This document shows, in pieces, positions 39,716 through 49,600 of a stretch of 64,000 nucleotides of DNA. Source of the stretch: Candidatus Shapirobacteria bacterium (lineage in GTDB: Bacteria; Patescibacteriota; Microgenomatia; UBA12405); the NCBI GenBank assembly GCA_022837635.1, contig JALHFY010000001.1:317693-381692 (forward strand), in the 5' to 3' direction. Every line of letters starts with the position of its first letter. Positions within the stretch are counted from its first letter, which is position 1. The position numbers and the translations under genes were made by a program. The notes below the pieces were generated by a model. The model saw nothing but the letters and a program-made list of their open reading frames with translations. It was not told where the DNA came from and made no database searches.

Positions 39716-41295
39716 TGATCAGAACAAAAATACAAAATTGGCTTTTGGAAAATAAAATTGAGGGCAGACTAGAACATCCAGCTGATAAAAAATTTGGAGA
39801 TTTTTCGGTGAGAACCGGCAGTGAGGTTAAATTAACAAAAAATAATTTGGTAGATAAAGTGGAGTTTGTGAGTGGTTTTACTAATATATATTTAAATCCA
39901 GAGCTTTTGATGGACAGAGCTAAAAAAATTAAAAATGGAGAATTTAGAAAAGATTTATCTCAGATAGGTAAAAATAAAAGCATGGTGATTGATTATAGTG
40001 CTCCCAATATCGCCAAAGCTTTTGGAATTGGACATTTGCGGTCTACTAATATTGGTCAAGCGATTTATAATCTTTATGAAATTTTGGGGTGGAAATGTAT
40101 TGGAGATAATCATTTAGGAGATTGGGGAACTCAGTTTGGAAAATTAATTGTGGCGATTAAAAAATGGGGCGAAATGGAAGTGGATAAAATGACTGTTGAA
40201 GATTTAGAAAGACTCTATGTCAAATTTCATCAAGAAGCCAAAAAAGATGAAAGTTTGGTGGAAGAAGGAAGGAACTGGTTTTTAAGATTAGAAAAAGGAG
40301 ATGCTGAAGCTAGAAGTATTTGGCAAAAATGTGTAGAAATCTCTCTTAAAGAATTTAATAAGATTTATGATTTACTAGGAGTGAAAATTGATTATGCTTA
40401 CGGAGAATCATTTTATGAAGATAAAATGGCAGCGGTAGTTGAGATGTTGGTTGATAAAAATTTAATTAAAGAGAGTCAGGGGGCTAAAATTATAGAATTT
40501 GAAAATATGCCACCAGCAATGGTGGAAAAATCTAACGGTACCACTACTTATTTCACTAGGGATTTGGCTACAATTAAGTATAGAGTTGAAACTTGGAATC
40601 CGGACTTAATGATTTATGAAATTGGAGCGGATCAAAGCCTGCATTGCCGACAATTGTTTGAAGCCGCCAGGAAACTGGGTTTTACTAATGATTTTTATCA
40701 CGTAGCCCACGGTTTGATTCGTTGGGAAGGTGGTAAATTTTCGACCAGAAAAGGTGAAACAATTCACTTGTCTGAAGTGATTGATAGAGCCATAAAAGAG
40801 GCGAAAAAAATTGCACCAAATAACAGTCAAGAGCAGATTAAAGCGGTAGCCATCGGCGCGATTAAGTTTAATGATTTGGCTCAAGATCCAAAGAAAGATA
40901 TTGTCTTTGATTGGAAAAGAGTGATGAGTATGGAGGGAAACTCAGGGCCTTATCTTCAGTATACCTATGCTAGATGTAAAAGTGTTATCAATAAAAAACA
41001 AGATACAAAAAACAAGATACAAAAAAAACAAAGTTGGAATGAGGAGGAGATGAATTTGTTGAGGGAGTTTTATAAATTTGAGGAAAAAATAATTGAAGCA
41101 GCTGACAGATTTGCGCCGTCAGTGGTGGCGGAATATCTGTTGAATTTAGCCAGAAGTTATAATGAATTTTATGCTAAAAACCGAATTATTGGGGAAAAAG
41201 AAGAAAGTCGTCGCCTCTTTTTAACTGAAAGCACTGCCAGTATTTTGAAGCAAGGATTGGAATTGTTGGGAATTGAAACGGTGGAAAAGATGTAA
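39715..41295 (+). CDS. argS: Arginyl-tRNA synthetase
   Basis: HIGH-type motif AFGIGHLRST, class I catalytic core and C-terminal DALR-type anticodon-binding domain; 526 aa. Confidence 0.85.
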   Translation: MIRTKIQNWLLENKIEGRLEHPADKKFGDFSVRTGSEVKLTKNNLVDKVEFVSGFTNIYLNPELLMDRAKKIKNGEFRKDLSQIGKNKSMVIDYSAPNIAKAFGIGHLRSTNIGQAIYNLYEILGWKCIGDNHLGDWGTQFGKLIVAIKKWGEMEVDKMTVEDLERLYVKFHQEAKKDESLVEEGRNWFLRLEKGDAEARSIWQKCVEISLKEFNKIYDLLGVKIDYAYGESFYEDKMAAVVEMLVDKNLIKESQGAKIIEFENMPPAMVEKSNGTTTYFTRDLATIKYRVETWNPDLMIYEIGADQSLHCRQLFEAARKLGFTNDFYHVAHGLIRWEGGKFSTRKGETIHLSEVIDRAIKEAKKIAPNNSQEQIKAVAIGAIKFNDLAQDPKKDIVFDWKRVMSMEGNSGPYLQYTYARCKSVINKKQDTKNKIQKKQSWNEEEMNLLREFYKFEEKIIEAADRFAPSVVAEYLLNLARSYNEFYAKNRIIGEKEESRRLFLTESTASILKQGLELLGIETVEKM

Positions 41296-43620
41296 TTACT
41301 TAAAAATTCTTTTGTAAATTTCGAAATAGTGGGAAACAGGGATATATTTAATATCTTTTTTAACTTCCTTGGGAATATCCACCAGAGATTTTTTATTGTC
41401 GGTGGGGATAAAAATAGTTTTAAGACCGGCGCGATGAGCGGCAATAGATTTCTCTTTAAGACCACCAATTTCCAGGACATTGCCACGGAGGGTAATTTCT
41501 CCGGTCATACCGATATCTCTAGGAACCGCTTGATTTTTAAGAGCCGAAATTAAAGCAGTGGTCATGGTCACCCCGGCAGAGGGACCGTCTTTGGGAGTAG
41601 CCCCCTCAGGCACATGAATATGAATATCAATTTTATGAAAATTGGTTTTAATCCCCCATTTTTGAGCTTGACTGCGAACAAAAGAGATGGCAGCTTGGGC
41701 CGATTCTTTCATAACTGAACCTAGTTTTCCGGTTAAAATTAACTGGCCTTTGCCAGGCATGATATTAACTTCAATAAAGAGAATGTCGCCACCAACAGCA
41801 GTCCAGGCTAAACCAGTAGCAACGCCAACTTCGTCTTTTTTACCTTTGAGTTGAGAAGTGAATTTTTCCGGTCCTAACATTTTCTTAATTAAAGTTCGAT
41901 TATTGAGGTCAACTTTGTTAGTTTTTTTAGTGACAATTTTTTTGGCAACTTTTCTAAACAGTGAAGCCATGACGCGATCTAAACTTCTAACACCGGCTTC
42001 TCGGGTATATTTATCTATCAGGAAACGTAAGGTTTCTTCTGTGAGAGGAGTAATTTGTTTAGGTTTGAGACCATTGGCTTTAAGTTGCTTGTCAATCAAA
42101 TAATCTTTGGCAATGTGATATTTTTCATCCTCGGTATAGCCGGAAAAGTTGATAATTTCTAGACGATCTCTAAGGGCAAAAGGAATAGTAGAAACATCAT
42201 TGCCAGTAAGAATGAAAAAAACTTGAGATAAGTCTAGAGGAAAATCGAGATAATGATCAGTAAAACTGTTGTTTTGTTCAGGATCAAGAGCTTCCAGTAA
42301 GGCAGCGGAGGGATCGCCGCGATAATCGGCGCCTAATTTATCAACCTCATCTAACATAAAGACCGGATTCATGGACTTGGCTTCTTTAATGCCGTTGACA
42401 ATACGACCGGACATGGCACCAACATAGGTGCGACGGTGACCTCGGATCTCGGCTTCATCTCGAATACCACCCAAAGAGGCTCTGACGAAATTTCGACCCA
42501 AAGCGTTGGCAATGGATTTTCCTAGAGAAGTTTTGCCAACACCCGGAGGACCGATAAAACAAAGAATATTGGTTATTTTAGTATCTTTATCTTTTTGTTG
42601 ATTTTTAAGTTTAATGACAGACAAGTATTCCAGAATTCTCTCTTTAACATCTTTAAGACCATAATGATCACGATCTAATAGTTTTTTGGATTTATTCAGA
42701 GAAATAGTGGCATCAGAATATTTACCCCAAGGTAGTTCTAAAACACTTTCCAAATAGGTTCGAAGATAACTGGCTTCGGGAGCCATGGGTCCCATTTCCT
42801 GTAAGCGATCAAGTTCTTTGAGTAATTTTTTCTTGGTAGTCGGAGGAATTTTAGCTTTTTTGATTTTTTTGGCCAATTCATCAGTTTCACTGTCACCGCC
42901 TTGACCTAATTTTTTAAGTTCTTTTTCAATTTGATGTTTACGCTCTTCGAGAACACTACGCTTCATGGCACTATTGAATTTAGCTTGAGTTTTTTCTTCA
43001 ATACTGCGCTCCAAGTCGGCGACTTTCATTTCTTCAATCAAAAGCTCTGTGGCTCGAGTCAATCGATCGCTAACGGAAAGAGTTTCTAATAATGCCTGTT
43101 TTTGGGGAATTTTAGCATTGAGAGAGAAGATAACCTGATCGGCTAAATCTGAAGAAGAGACGCCGGTGGACAATTGCATCATGGCGGGCAGGTCAAACTG
43201 GCGACCCAAGGCGAAGGCTTTTTTAAGTTGAGACAATAGAGCTTCAGCAGATTTTTGAACTTGAGTCACTGGTTCAGTGACTATAGGTAATTCATCACAT
43301 TCGGCCAGAATAAAAGGATCAGTATGAACAAAATTAGTGATATGAATACGAGATAAGCCTTTGACAATAGCATGGAGACTGCCATCAGTTTGTAAAATAT
43401 GTTCAATCCGAGCAATGACACCAACTTGATAGACATCTTTAAGTTCAGGTTTTTCAATATTGGGAGATTTTTGAGCGGTAATGATGACTAAACGATCGTA
43501 TTTATCATAGGCTTCCAATAAAGAATTGCTGGATTCTTTACGACCAAAAAACAAGGAAGTTTCCACAGAAGGAAACAAAACCACATTACGCAGAGGGATT
43601 AGAGGTAGAATTTTTTTCAT
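41296..43620 (-). CDS. lon: ATP-dependent Lon protease
   Basis: Lon N-domain, AAA+ GPPGVGKTS, protease Ser motif PKDGPSAGV and Lys; 774 aa. Confidence 0.95.
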   Translation of the reverse strand: MKKILPLIPLRNVVLFPSVETSLFFGRKESSNSLLEAYDKYDRLVIITAQKSPNIEKPELKDVYQVGVIARIEHILQTDGSLHAIVKGLSRIHITNFVHTDPFILAECDELPIVTEPVTQVQKSAEALLSQLKKAFALGRQFDLPAMMQLSTGVSSSDLADQVIFSLNAKIPQKQALLETLSVSDRLTRATELLIEEMKVADLERSIEEKTQAKFNSAMKRSVLEERKHQIEKELKKLGQGGDSETDELAKKIKKAKIPPTTKKKLLKELDRLQEMGPMAPEASYLRTYLESVLELPWGKYSDATISLNKSKKLLDRDHYGLKDVKERILEYLSVIKLKNQQKDKDTKITNILCFIGPPGVGKTSLGKSIANALGRNFVRASLGGIRDEAEIRGHRRTYVGAMSGRIVNGIKEAKSMNPVFMLDEVDKLGADYRGDPSAALLEALDPEQNNSFTDHYLDFPLDLSQVFFILTGNDVSTIPFALRDRLEIINFSGYTEDEKYHIAKDYLIDKQLKANGLKPKQITPLTEETLRFLIDKYTREAGVRSLDRVMASLFRKVAKKIVTKKTNKVDLNNRTLIKKMLGPEKFTSQLKGKKDEVGVATGLAWTAVGGDILFIEVNIMPGKGQLILTGKLGSVMKESAQAAISFVRSQAQKWGIKTNFHKIDIHIHVPEGATPKDGPSAGVTMTTALISALKNQAVPRDIGMTGEITLRGNVLEIGGLKEKSIAAHRAGLKTIFIPTDNKKSLVDIPKEVKKDIKYIPVSHYFEIYKRIFK

Positions 43621-43623
43621 TAT

Positions 43624-43650
43624 TTAGCAGTCTATCATTTTAACTGCTAA
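43624..43650. promoter_or_regulatory. CIRCE-like inverted repeat TTAGCAGTC-N9-AACTGCTAA immediately upstream of lon
   Basis: Compare CIRCE consensus TTAGCACTC-N9-GAGTGCTAA; 8-bp perfect IR arms, 9-nt spacer, 3 nt from lon start codon. Confidence 0.45.
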
Positions 43651-43693
43651 GTGTCAAAGAGATAATTTAGCATTTTTGGGTTAAAATAAAGCG

Positions 43694-44584
43694 ATGTCAG
43701 ACAAAAAAAAATACGGTATAGTCGCCATCATTGGCAGACCTAATACGGGCAAATCAACTTTATTGAACGCTATTTTACAACAAAAAGTAGCCATCACTTC
43801 TCCCCTACCGCAAACTACCAGGAAAAATATTAATGCAGTTTATGAAGACGAGAGAGGGAAAATTTTATTTATAGATACTCCCGGAGTTTTGGGAAAAGTT
43901 GAGGATTTAATTGGAAAAAAAGTTAATTTAGAGTTGCCAAAAACTTTAAGTAATATCGATGTTTTAGTGGTAGTAGTTGACATTTCTCGACCAAAAAACG
44001 AAGAGGAAAATAAGGTAATTGCTCTGGTGAGAAAAAGTGAGGCCAAAAAAATCTTGGTCTATAACAAAATAGACAAGGCAGTGGGAAGTAAAGATCATTT
44101 TGTGGATTATAATTATTTAGAGGATGAATTTGATGAGTGGGTCAAGATATCAGCCCTAAAAGAAAAAGGAGTTAAAGAAGTGGTCAATAAAATTTTTTCA
44201 CTATTACCGGCAAAAGTTGTCAAGGATAGTAAGACTGTTATAGATAGTCTCCAACAAGTAGATAGGCCGATTATTGACTCAAGTCCAGAAGAATATGTAG
44301 CTGAATTGATTCGAGAGAAAGTTTATCTTTTTTTAAGGGACGAAATCCCTTATAGTATCCAGGTAGTTGTTAAAGAGATTAAGGATAAAGGGAAAATTAT
44401 TATAATTGAGGCAGATATTGTCACTACTACTGACAGATATAAAAAAATTATTATTGGAAGAGGTGGTAAAAAAATAAAAGAGATCGGTTACAACGCTCGT
44501 AAAGAATTAGAGTTAATGACTCAGAAAAAAATTTTTTTAGAATTGGAGGTAAAGGTAGATAAACATTGGATGGAACAGTTTTAA
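43694..44584 (+). CDS. era: GTPase Era
   Basis: G1 GRPNTGKST, DTPG, NKID; C-terminal KH domain. Confidence 0.9.
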   Translation: MSDKKKYGIVAIIGRPNTGKSTLLNAILQQKVAITSPLPQTTRKNINAVYEDERGKILFIDTPGVLGKVEDLIGKKVNLELPKTLSNIDVLVVVVDISRPKNEEENKVIALVRKSEAKKILVYNKIDKAVGSKDHFVDYNYLEDEFDEWVKISALKEKGVKEVVNKIFSLLPAKVVKDSKTVIDSLQQVDRPIIDSSPEEYVAELIREKVYLFLRDEIPYSIQVVVKEIKDKGKIIIIEADIVTTTDRYKKIIIGRGGKKIKEIGYNARKELELMTQKKIFLELEVKVDKHWMEQF

Positions 44585-44640
44585 TTGACACTCAACAGAC
44601 ATTGTTTTAGACTAAATATAGTTATAAATTAAATTTTCAA

Positions 44641-45069
44641 ATGACAAAAAGAAAAGGAAATTGGTTTGCAGCCGGACTCTTGGGAGCAGTAGCCGGTGCG
44701 ATTGGAGGTTTATTATTAGCTCCTCAAAGCGGTAAAAAAACTCGCCAGGAAATTTCAAATTTAGCAGCAGAACTATCGCTGAAGGTTAAAGGCAAAGCTT
44801 TGGAAACAAAAAAAGAGGTAACAGCGGCTTTTGGTAAGTATTCTGAAGAAAGTAGAGTTAAATATGAAAAAATTAAGAATTCTCTGATGGGTAAGGTAGC
44901 TTCTTTGAAAACTGCCGGAGAGAAAATTGATAAGGTTAAATACGGCAAATTAGTAGATGAGGTGGTGGCTGAATTTAGAGATGATTTGAAAAGCACCAAA
45001 AATGCAGCTGTTAAAATCGCTGGTTATCTGAAAAAAGATTGGGAGAAAATTAGAAAATCTTTAGCCTAA
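44641..45069 (+). CDS. YtxH-like small membrane-associated protein
   Basis: GAVAGAIGGLLLAPQSGKKTRQE YtxH signature. Confidence 0.6.
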   Translation: MTKRKGNWFAAGLLGAVAGAIGGLLLAPQSGKKTRQEISNLAAELSLKVKGKALETKKEVTAAFGKYSEESRVKYEKIKNSLMGKVASLKTAGEKIDKVKYGKLVDEVVAEFRDDLKSTKNAAVKIAGYLKKDWEKIRKSLA

Positions 45070-46011
45070 TTCAGTAGCAATTAAATCGTTGAGTTTTTTT
45101 AGACTGTCGGTATCAATAATTGAGACCGACAGTTTTGCTTTCATGGTTTTTTCAGCTTTTTTAAGAGATGCTGAATCAAGTAAATCTGATTTGGTTAAAA
45201 TTAAAATTTCTTTTTTAGAAGCAAGATGACTGGAATAATTAGTTAGTTCTTGACGAACAATATCGTAAGCTGCTTTTAGATCAGGATTATCTACAGCTAG
45301 ACAATGAATTAGCAATTTAGTTCTTTCAATGTGTTTTAGAAATTTAATACCCAAGCCTTTACCGGTACCAGCTCCTGCAATTAATCCTGGAATATCAGCG
45401 ATAACTTTATTACCCTTGGTGACGCCTAAATTTGGTTCCAGAGTGGTAAAAGGATAGTTGGCGACCTTAACATTGGCTGAGGTTAATTCATTAAGTAAAG
45501 AACTTTTACCAGCATTGGGTAAACCGATAAAACCTATATCAGCAATTAATTTCAATTGTAAAAAAACATTTTTAGGATTGACCTTTTGACCGGGTTGAAA
45601 TTCTTGAGGAGTTTGGTTGGTGGCGGAACGAAAATGCCAATTACCCCAACCACCTTGACCACCTTTGGCGCCTAAAAAAATTTCGCCAACAGTGGTTAAC
45701 TCATGACTGGTACCATTATCGTAAGATATAATTGTGCCAATAGGAACTTCTAGAGTAATATCTTTTCCATTTCGACCAGTACGATTATTAGGACCACCTT
45801 TTTGACCATCTTGAGCGGCAAATTTTTTTGAATAACGAAAGAGACTGAGACGACTAATATCAGAAACAGCCTTAAAATAAAGATTGCCGCCATCACCACC
45901 CTTACCACCATCAGGGCCACCTTTGGGACGGGAAGCATCAGAATAAAAATGGACCAGACCATCACCACCGTTACCACCTTTGATAGTAATTCTAGCTTCA
46001 TCAATTAGCAT
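45061..46011 (-). CDS. obg: GTPase Obg/CgtA, short form without C-terminal extension
   Basis: Gly-rich Obg fold N-terminus (KGGNGGDG..GGKGGDGG), G-domain GLPNAGKSSLL; 316 aa. Confidence 0.85.
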   Translation of the reverse strand: MLIDEARITIKGGNGGDGLVHFYSDASRPKGGPDGGKGGDGGNLYFKAVSDISRLSLFRYSKKFAAQDGQKGGPNNRTGRNGKDITLEVPIGTIISYDNGTSHELTTVGEIFLGAKGGQGGWGNWHFRSATNQTPQEFQPGQKVNPKNVFLQLKLIADIGFIGLPNAGKSSLLNELTSANVKVANYPFTTLEPNLGVTKGNKVIADIPGLIAGAGTGKGLGIKFLKHIERTKLLIHCLAVDNPDLKAAYDIVRQELTNYSSHLASKKEILILTKSDLLDSASLKKAEKTMKAKLSVSIIDTDSLKKLNDLIATELG

Positions 46012-46014
46012 GGC

Positions 46015-46326
46015 TTATTTTAGCGCATTAAGGTATTCTTGTTTTTGACGAAAACCAATGAGGGTGTTTTTTAGTTGACCTTGATTAAAAATTAGGACGG
46101 CAGGAACTGAAACAATGCCATACTGAGAAGCTAAAGAAGAATTTTCGTCGACATTTAATTTACAGACTTTAACTTGACCGGAAAGTTCATTGGCTAATTC
46201 TTCAATCACTGCTCCTAGCATTTGACAAGGACCGCACCAAGGTGCCCAAAAATCGACTAAAACCGGTAATTCAGACTGAAGAACTTCGGTCTGAAAATTA
46301 TCTTGAGTGAGAGTGATAGTCGCCAT
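46015..46326 (-). CDS. trxA: Thioredoxin
   Basis: WAPWCGPCQ active site, 103 aa. Confidence 0.9.
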   Translation of the reverse strand: MATITLTQDNFQTEVLQSELPVLVDFWAPWCGPCQMLGAVIEELANELSGQVKVCKLNVDENSSLASQYGIVSVPAVLIFNQGQLKNTLIGFRQKQEYLNALK

Positions 46327-46329
46327 AGA

Positions 46330-46722
46330 TTAATCCTTTTTATTAACTAATTTGGCAGTATAAATAATAGTTTTAAGAGTGCCATCGGAAGCCTCGATAT
46401 GAGTTGAACCAGAGAGAGTGACATACTGAGCCAGATAATCAGAAAGGGCAATTTTTAATTCTTTGATTTGAGCTTGATAATCTTTTATTTTGTCAACTAA
46501 GGTGCTTGATTCAGGTAGTTTAAGAACTTTTTGTTTGGCCAGAGTTTTAAGTTTAGTCGTTTTTTGGGCTTCAGCGGCAGCATCTTTGTATTCTTGGTTA
46601 TTATCTAAGATATCCGAGAGCATTCCAGTTTGAGTTTTGAGTTCCTGAGTTAAAAGTCGCAGTCGATCATCATGACTTTTAATTAGATTCTCGATATTAA
46701 TTAAAGTATCAGAATTGGCCAT
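46330..46722 (-). CDS. Coiled-coil hypothetical protein
   Basis: Helical heptad-rich ORF; start placed at ATG 46722 (longer ORF from 46776 would overlap dus by 44 nt). Confidence 0.45.
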   Translation of the reverse strand: MANSDTLINIENLIKSHDDRLRLLTQELKTQTGMLSDILDNNQEYKDAAAEAQKTTKLKTLAKQKVLKLPESSTLVDKIKDYQAQIKELKIALSDYLAQYVTLSGSTHIEASDGTLKTIIYTAKLVNKKD

Positions 46723-46732
46723 ACCGTTTAAT

Positions 46733-47788
46733 TTAACAATTAAGAATTTCTTCTTCAAGAGAACAAAGTTGCTCAATTGAGGTCAACTTAACAATTTCTT
46801 GACGAAGAGCTTTGGCACGAGGGTGTCCGGAAACATATAAAAGAAAATGACGACGTAAAGGATCAAAACGACGATGAGGGAAAATTTTTGAAAAATTTTG
46901 GGCATGTAACAGCATGGCTTGATATTTTTCCGTAAAATTAGCCTGTTTTCCAGTAAAAACCCAAGGGTTACCCATGGCCGCCCGACCAATTAAAACTCCA
47001 GGGAGATGATATTTTTGTGAATATTCCAAAGCTTTTTTATTTGAGTCAATATCACCATTACCAAAAAAATAAACCCCGGCTGATTTGGCTAATTTACCAG
47101 CCCAGGAAATAGCTTGCCAATCAGCTAAACCGGCGTAACCCTGCTTGAGAGTGCGACCATGTAAAGTTAAAAAATCCAAATTAAAATTCAGTAAAAAAGG
47201 AATCCATTTTTGACTGACATCAGTGTCAATACCGAGGCGAGTTTTAACAGAAAGAGTGGGAATAATTTTGCCTTGGTGTGCTGAATATTGCAGATTTCTA
47301 TTAATAGCTTCAATGACCTTTGATTTTAATTTCAGACTATTTATGGAAACTTTATTGGCGGCAAAATTATCAATAGCCGTTTTAACAGAATTAATAATGT
47401 CTCTAGCCAATTGAGGTTGAGCAATCAGGGCTGCACCGGAACCATGTTGAGTCACGGTTTTGGCCGGACAACCGAAATTAATATCGATACCATCAAAACC
47501 CAAATGACAAAGAATTACCGCAGCAGTATAAAAAGATTGAGGATCCTTACCAAATAATTGCCCTACTATCGGACGTTCTTGAGGGGAAAATAAGAGAGTA
47601 TCATAGAGTTTTACCGCATTGTGAGCCAATCCTTCGGCACTGACAAACTCAGTAAAAATTAAATCGGGTTTGGTAATTTGAGTCTGAGTTAATCTAAAAG
47701 CCGCATCAGTAATCCCATCCATAGGAGACAGACCTAAAAGAAATTTGTTGGCATTGAGAAGATTTTTTAGCGCTGTTGTTTGAGCCAT
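46733..47788 (-). CDS. tRNA-dihydrouridine synthase
   Basis: TIM-barrel Dus family, NFGCPAKTV catalytic Cys motif. Confidence 0.85.
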   Translation of the reverse strand: MAQTTALKNLLNANKFLLGLSPMDGITDAAFRLTQTQITKPDLIFTEFVSAEGLAHNAVKLYDTLLFSPQERPIVGQLFGKDPQSFYTAAVILCHLGFDGIDINFGCPAKTVTQHGSGAALIAQPQLARDIINSVKTAIDNFAANKVSINSLKLKSKVIEAINRNLQYSAHQGKIIPTLSVKTRLGIDTDVSQKWIPFLLNFNLDFLTLHGRTLKQGYAGLADWQAISWAGKLAKSAGVYFFGNGDIDSNKKALEYSQKYHLPGVLIGRAAMGNPWVFTGKQANFTEKYQAMLLHAQNFSKIFPHRRFDPLRRHFLLYVSGHPRAKALRQEIVKLTSIEQLCSLEEEILNC

Positions 47789-48273
47789 TGGGTGAGAGCG
47801 TTAGCAGAAATTGAGAGACGATTCTTAAAGTTGTCGTCATTAATAGAAACCGAAATCAAAGATGAAAATTGTTTAAGAAAATCTTGGTGTTGTTGATAAT
47901 TGCTCAGAAGACGACCAGTAGTATCATGATACTTTTTGTCAGCATGAATTTTTTTTAAAAAAGGATAACTAATATCTAGACTGATTAAAAAAACTTGATA
48001 CTGTGATTGTTGAATATTGGCCTCGATATTTTGCCATTGACGATCGACACTGGCGTCAAAAATAAAGGCTTGGCCTGATTTAAGTAAATCTAAACAACGG
48101 AGCCGAGCACGGCGGCGAAATTCTTCTTCATCAAGGAAGCTTAAATCTTCAATAACCTCAGTTCTAATAACATCATTGGAAAGAATGGGTAGATTGAATT
48201 GATGACTTAGATAATGAGCAATGGGTGATTTGGAAGAGCCGATGGGACCGGCAAAGGTGACTAAGTATTTCAT
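47767..48273 (-). CDS. P-loop NTPase, putative small nucleotide/nucleoside kinase
   Basis: Walker A GPIGSSKS near N-terminus; 168 aa. Confidence 0.5.
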   Translation of the reverse strand: MKYLVTFAGPIGSSKSPIAHYLSHQFNLPILSNDVIRTEVIEDLSFLDEEEFRRRARLRCLDLLKSGQAFIFDASVDRQWQNIEANIQQSQYQVFLISLDISYPFLKKIHADKKYHDTTGRLLSNYQQHQDFLKQFSSLISVSINDDNFKNRLSISANALTQWLKQQR

Positions 48274-48767
48274 TTCTTTTTATTTCGACGAGCAAACTTG
48301 GCGCCAACACGAGCATGGTGAGTCCGAGAATTATAGACCGATTGACGTTGATGTTTGAAGCTAGTCGGTTTTTTAAGAGTTTTTTTGGAAAAATCTTTTG
48401 ATTTGACTTTTTTTCTTTCAAAACGTTTTTCTTCACGTTCACGTCTCTCTGGATGACGATCGAGAGCCTCTTGATGGCGAGCTTGACCCTCAGGAGTGAG
48501 AAAGGGATCAGGTTGAGCATAGTCAACAATAATAGACAAATCCCCTAATTTATAACCATGTAGGGCAGTTTTAGCAGCTACCGCCTCATCTAAATTTTCA
48601 AATTCAACAAAGGCTAAGCCACGACTTTTGCCCCAGCGATTATGCATAATTTTGACAAAAACTACCTTACCAAAGGGAATAAAAAGACTAAGTAACTCCC
48701 CTTCCGTATAACGATAAGGCAAGGAGCCGACAAAAAGACGTTTACTGGGTGAAAAACTTTTTTCCAT
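48270..48767 (-). CDS. RRM-domain RNA-binding protein with basic C-terminal tail
   Basis: RNP2 LFVGSL and RNP1 RGLAFVEF motifs; Arg/Lys-rich C-terminus. Confidence 0.75.
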   Translation of the reverse strand: MEKSFSPSKRLFVGSLPYRYTEGELLSLFIPFGKVVFVKIMHNRWGKSRGLAFVEFENLDEAVAAKTALHGYKLGDLSIIVDYAQPDPFLTPEGQARHQEALDRHPERREREEKRFERKKVKSKDFSKKTLKKPTSFKHQRQSVYNSRTHHARVGAKFARRNKKK

Positions 48768-48792
48768 ACAGGGATATTATATAATAATTGTC

Positions 48793-49437
48793 ATGTTTGA
48801 ATATGAAAGACTGGTTTTAGGAGAATTAGAGACCAATTGCTACCTATTATGGGAGAGTAAAAGTCGGGAGGCGGTAGTGATAGACGCCGCTGACAGTGCG
48901 GAAACAATTTCTGAAGAAATCGAAAAAAGACAATTGAAACTAAAATATGTGATTTCAACTCATGGCCATTTTGACCACAATTTAGCGGCATTGGATTTGA
49001 AATTAATTTATCAAGTGCCTTTTTGTGCCAGTCAAAAAGATTTCTTTTTATTAGAAAGACAACAAGAAAGTGCCAATCATTTTTTGGGAGCAAAAACTCA
49101 AGTACCGAATTTTAAGAAAATTGATATTGATTTAGACAAAACAGAGAGTTTAAGTTTGGGTAAACAAAAAATAAAAATTATCAAAACACCTGGACATACT
49201 CCAGGAGGAGTATCAATTTTGGCGGATAAATTTTTATTTGACGGGGATTTGATTTTCGCCGGAGGGATGAGAGGTGATACCAGACATCAATACAGTTCAA
49301 ATCGGTTGATTTTTAGAAGCATTTGTAAGGTTTTGGATCTCCCTGATGATATAGAAATATTGCCGGGACATGGGGAAAAAACGACTGTGGCTGAAGCCAG
49401 AGAGCTGTTTAATTGTCAGTATTGCGAATGGAATTAA
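48793..49437 (+). CDS. MBL-fold metallo-hydrolase (glyoxalase II-like)
   Basis: STHGHFDHN (HxHxDH) and downstream His/Asp ligands. Confidence 0.8.
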   Translation: MFEYERLVLGELETNCYLLWESKSREAVVIDAADSAETISEEIEKRQLKLKYVISTHGHFDHNLAALDLKLIYQVPFCASQKDFFLLERQQESANHFLGAKTQVPNFKKIDIDLDKTESLSLGKQKIKIIKTPGHTPGGVSILADKFLFDGDLIFAGGMRGDTRHQYSSNRLIFRSICKVLDLPDDIEILPGHGEKTTVAEARELFNCQYCEWN

Positions 49438-49579
49438 TGGTCTCTTCAAAGCTTTGGTGATTATCCTGCTGAAGAGAAGCCAGGAGCTCAATTACTGAAT
49501 CTTCAAAATATTTTTTAATCGCTTGGGTCTGATCGGGGGTGAGTTTAAGTTCAATAGCTAGTTCGTCGATAGTTTTCAT
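49409..49579 (-). CDS. 56-aa helical hypothetical protein immediately downstream of the radical SAM gene
   Basis: Hand-translated minus-strand ORF ATG 49579 to TAA 49409: MKTIDELAIELKLTPDQTQAIKKYFEDSVIELLASLQQDNHQSFEETINSIRNTDN; below the 60-aa cutoff of the ORF track; 21 nt after the rSAM stop. Confidence 0.35.
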   Translation of the reverse strand: MKTIDELAIELKLTPDQTQAIKKYFEDSVIELLASLQQDNHQSFEETINSIRNTDN

Positions 49580-49600
49580 ATATAGAATTATACACTGTTA

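Noticed and set aside
40991-41030. argS pseudogene/frameshift at the 14-nt tandem duplication
   Set aside because: Reading frame is continuous and the flanking ArgRS motifs (YTYARCKS… and the DALR domain) are both in frame.
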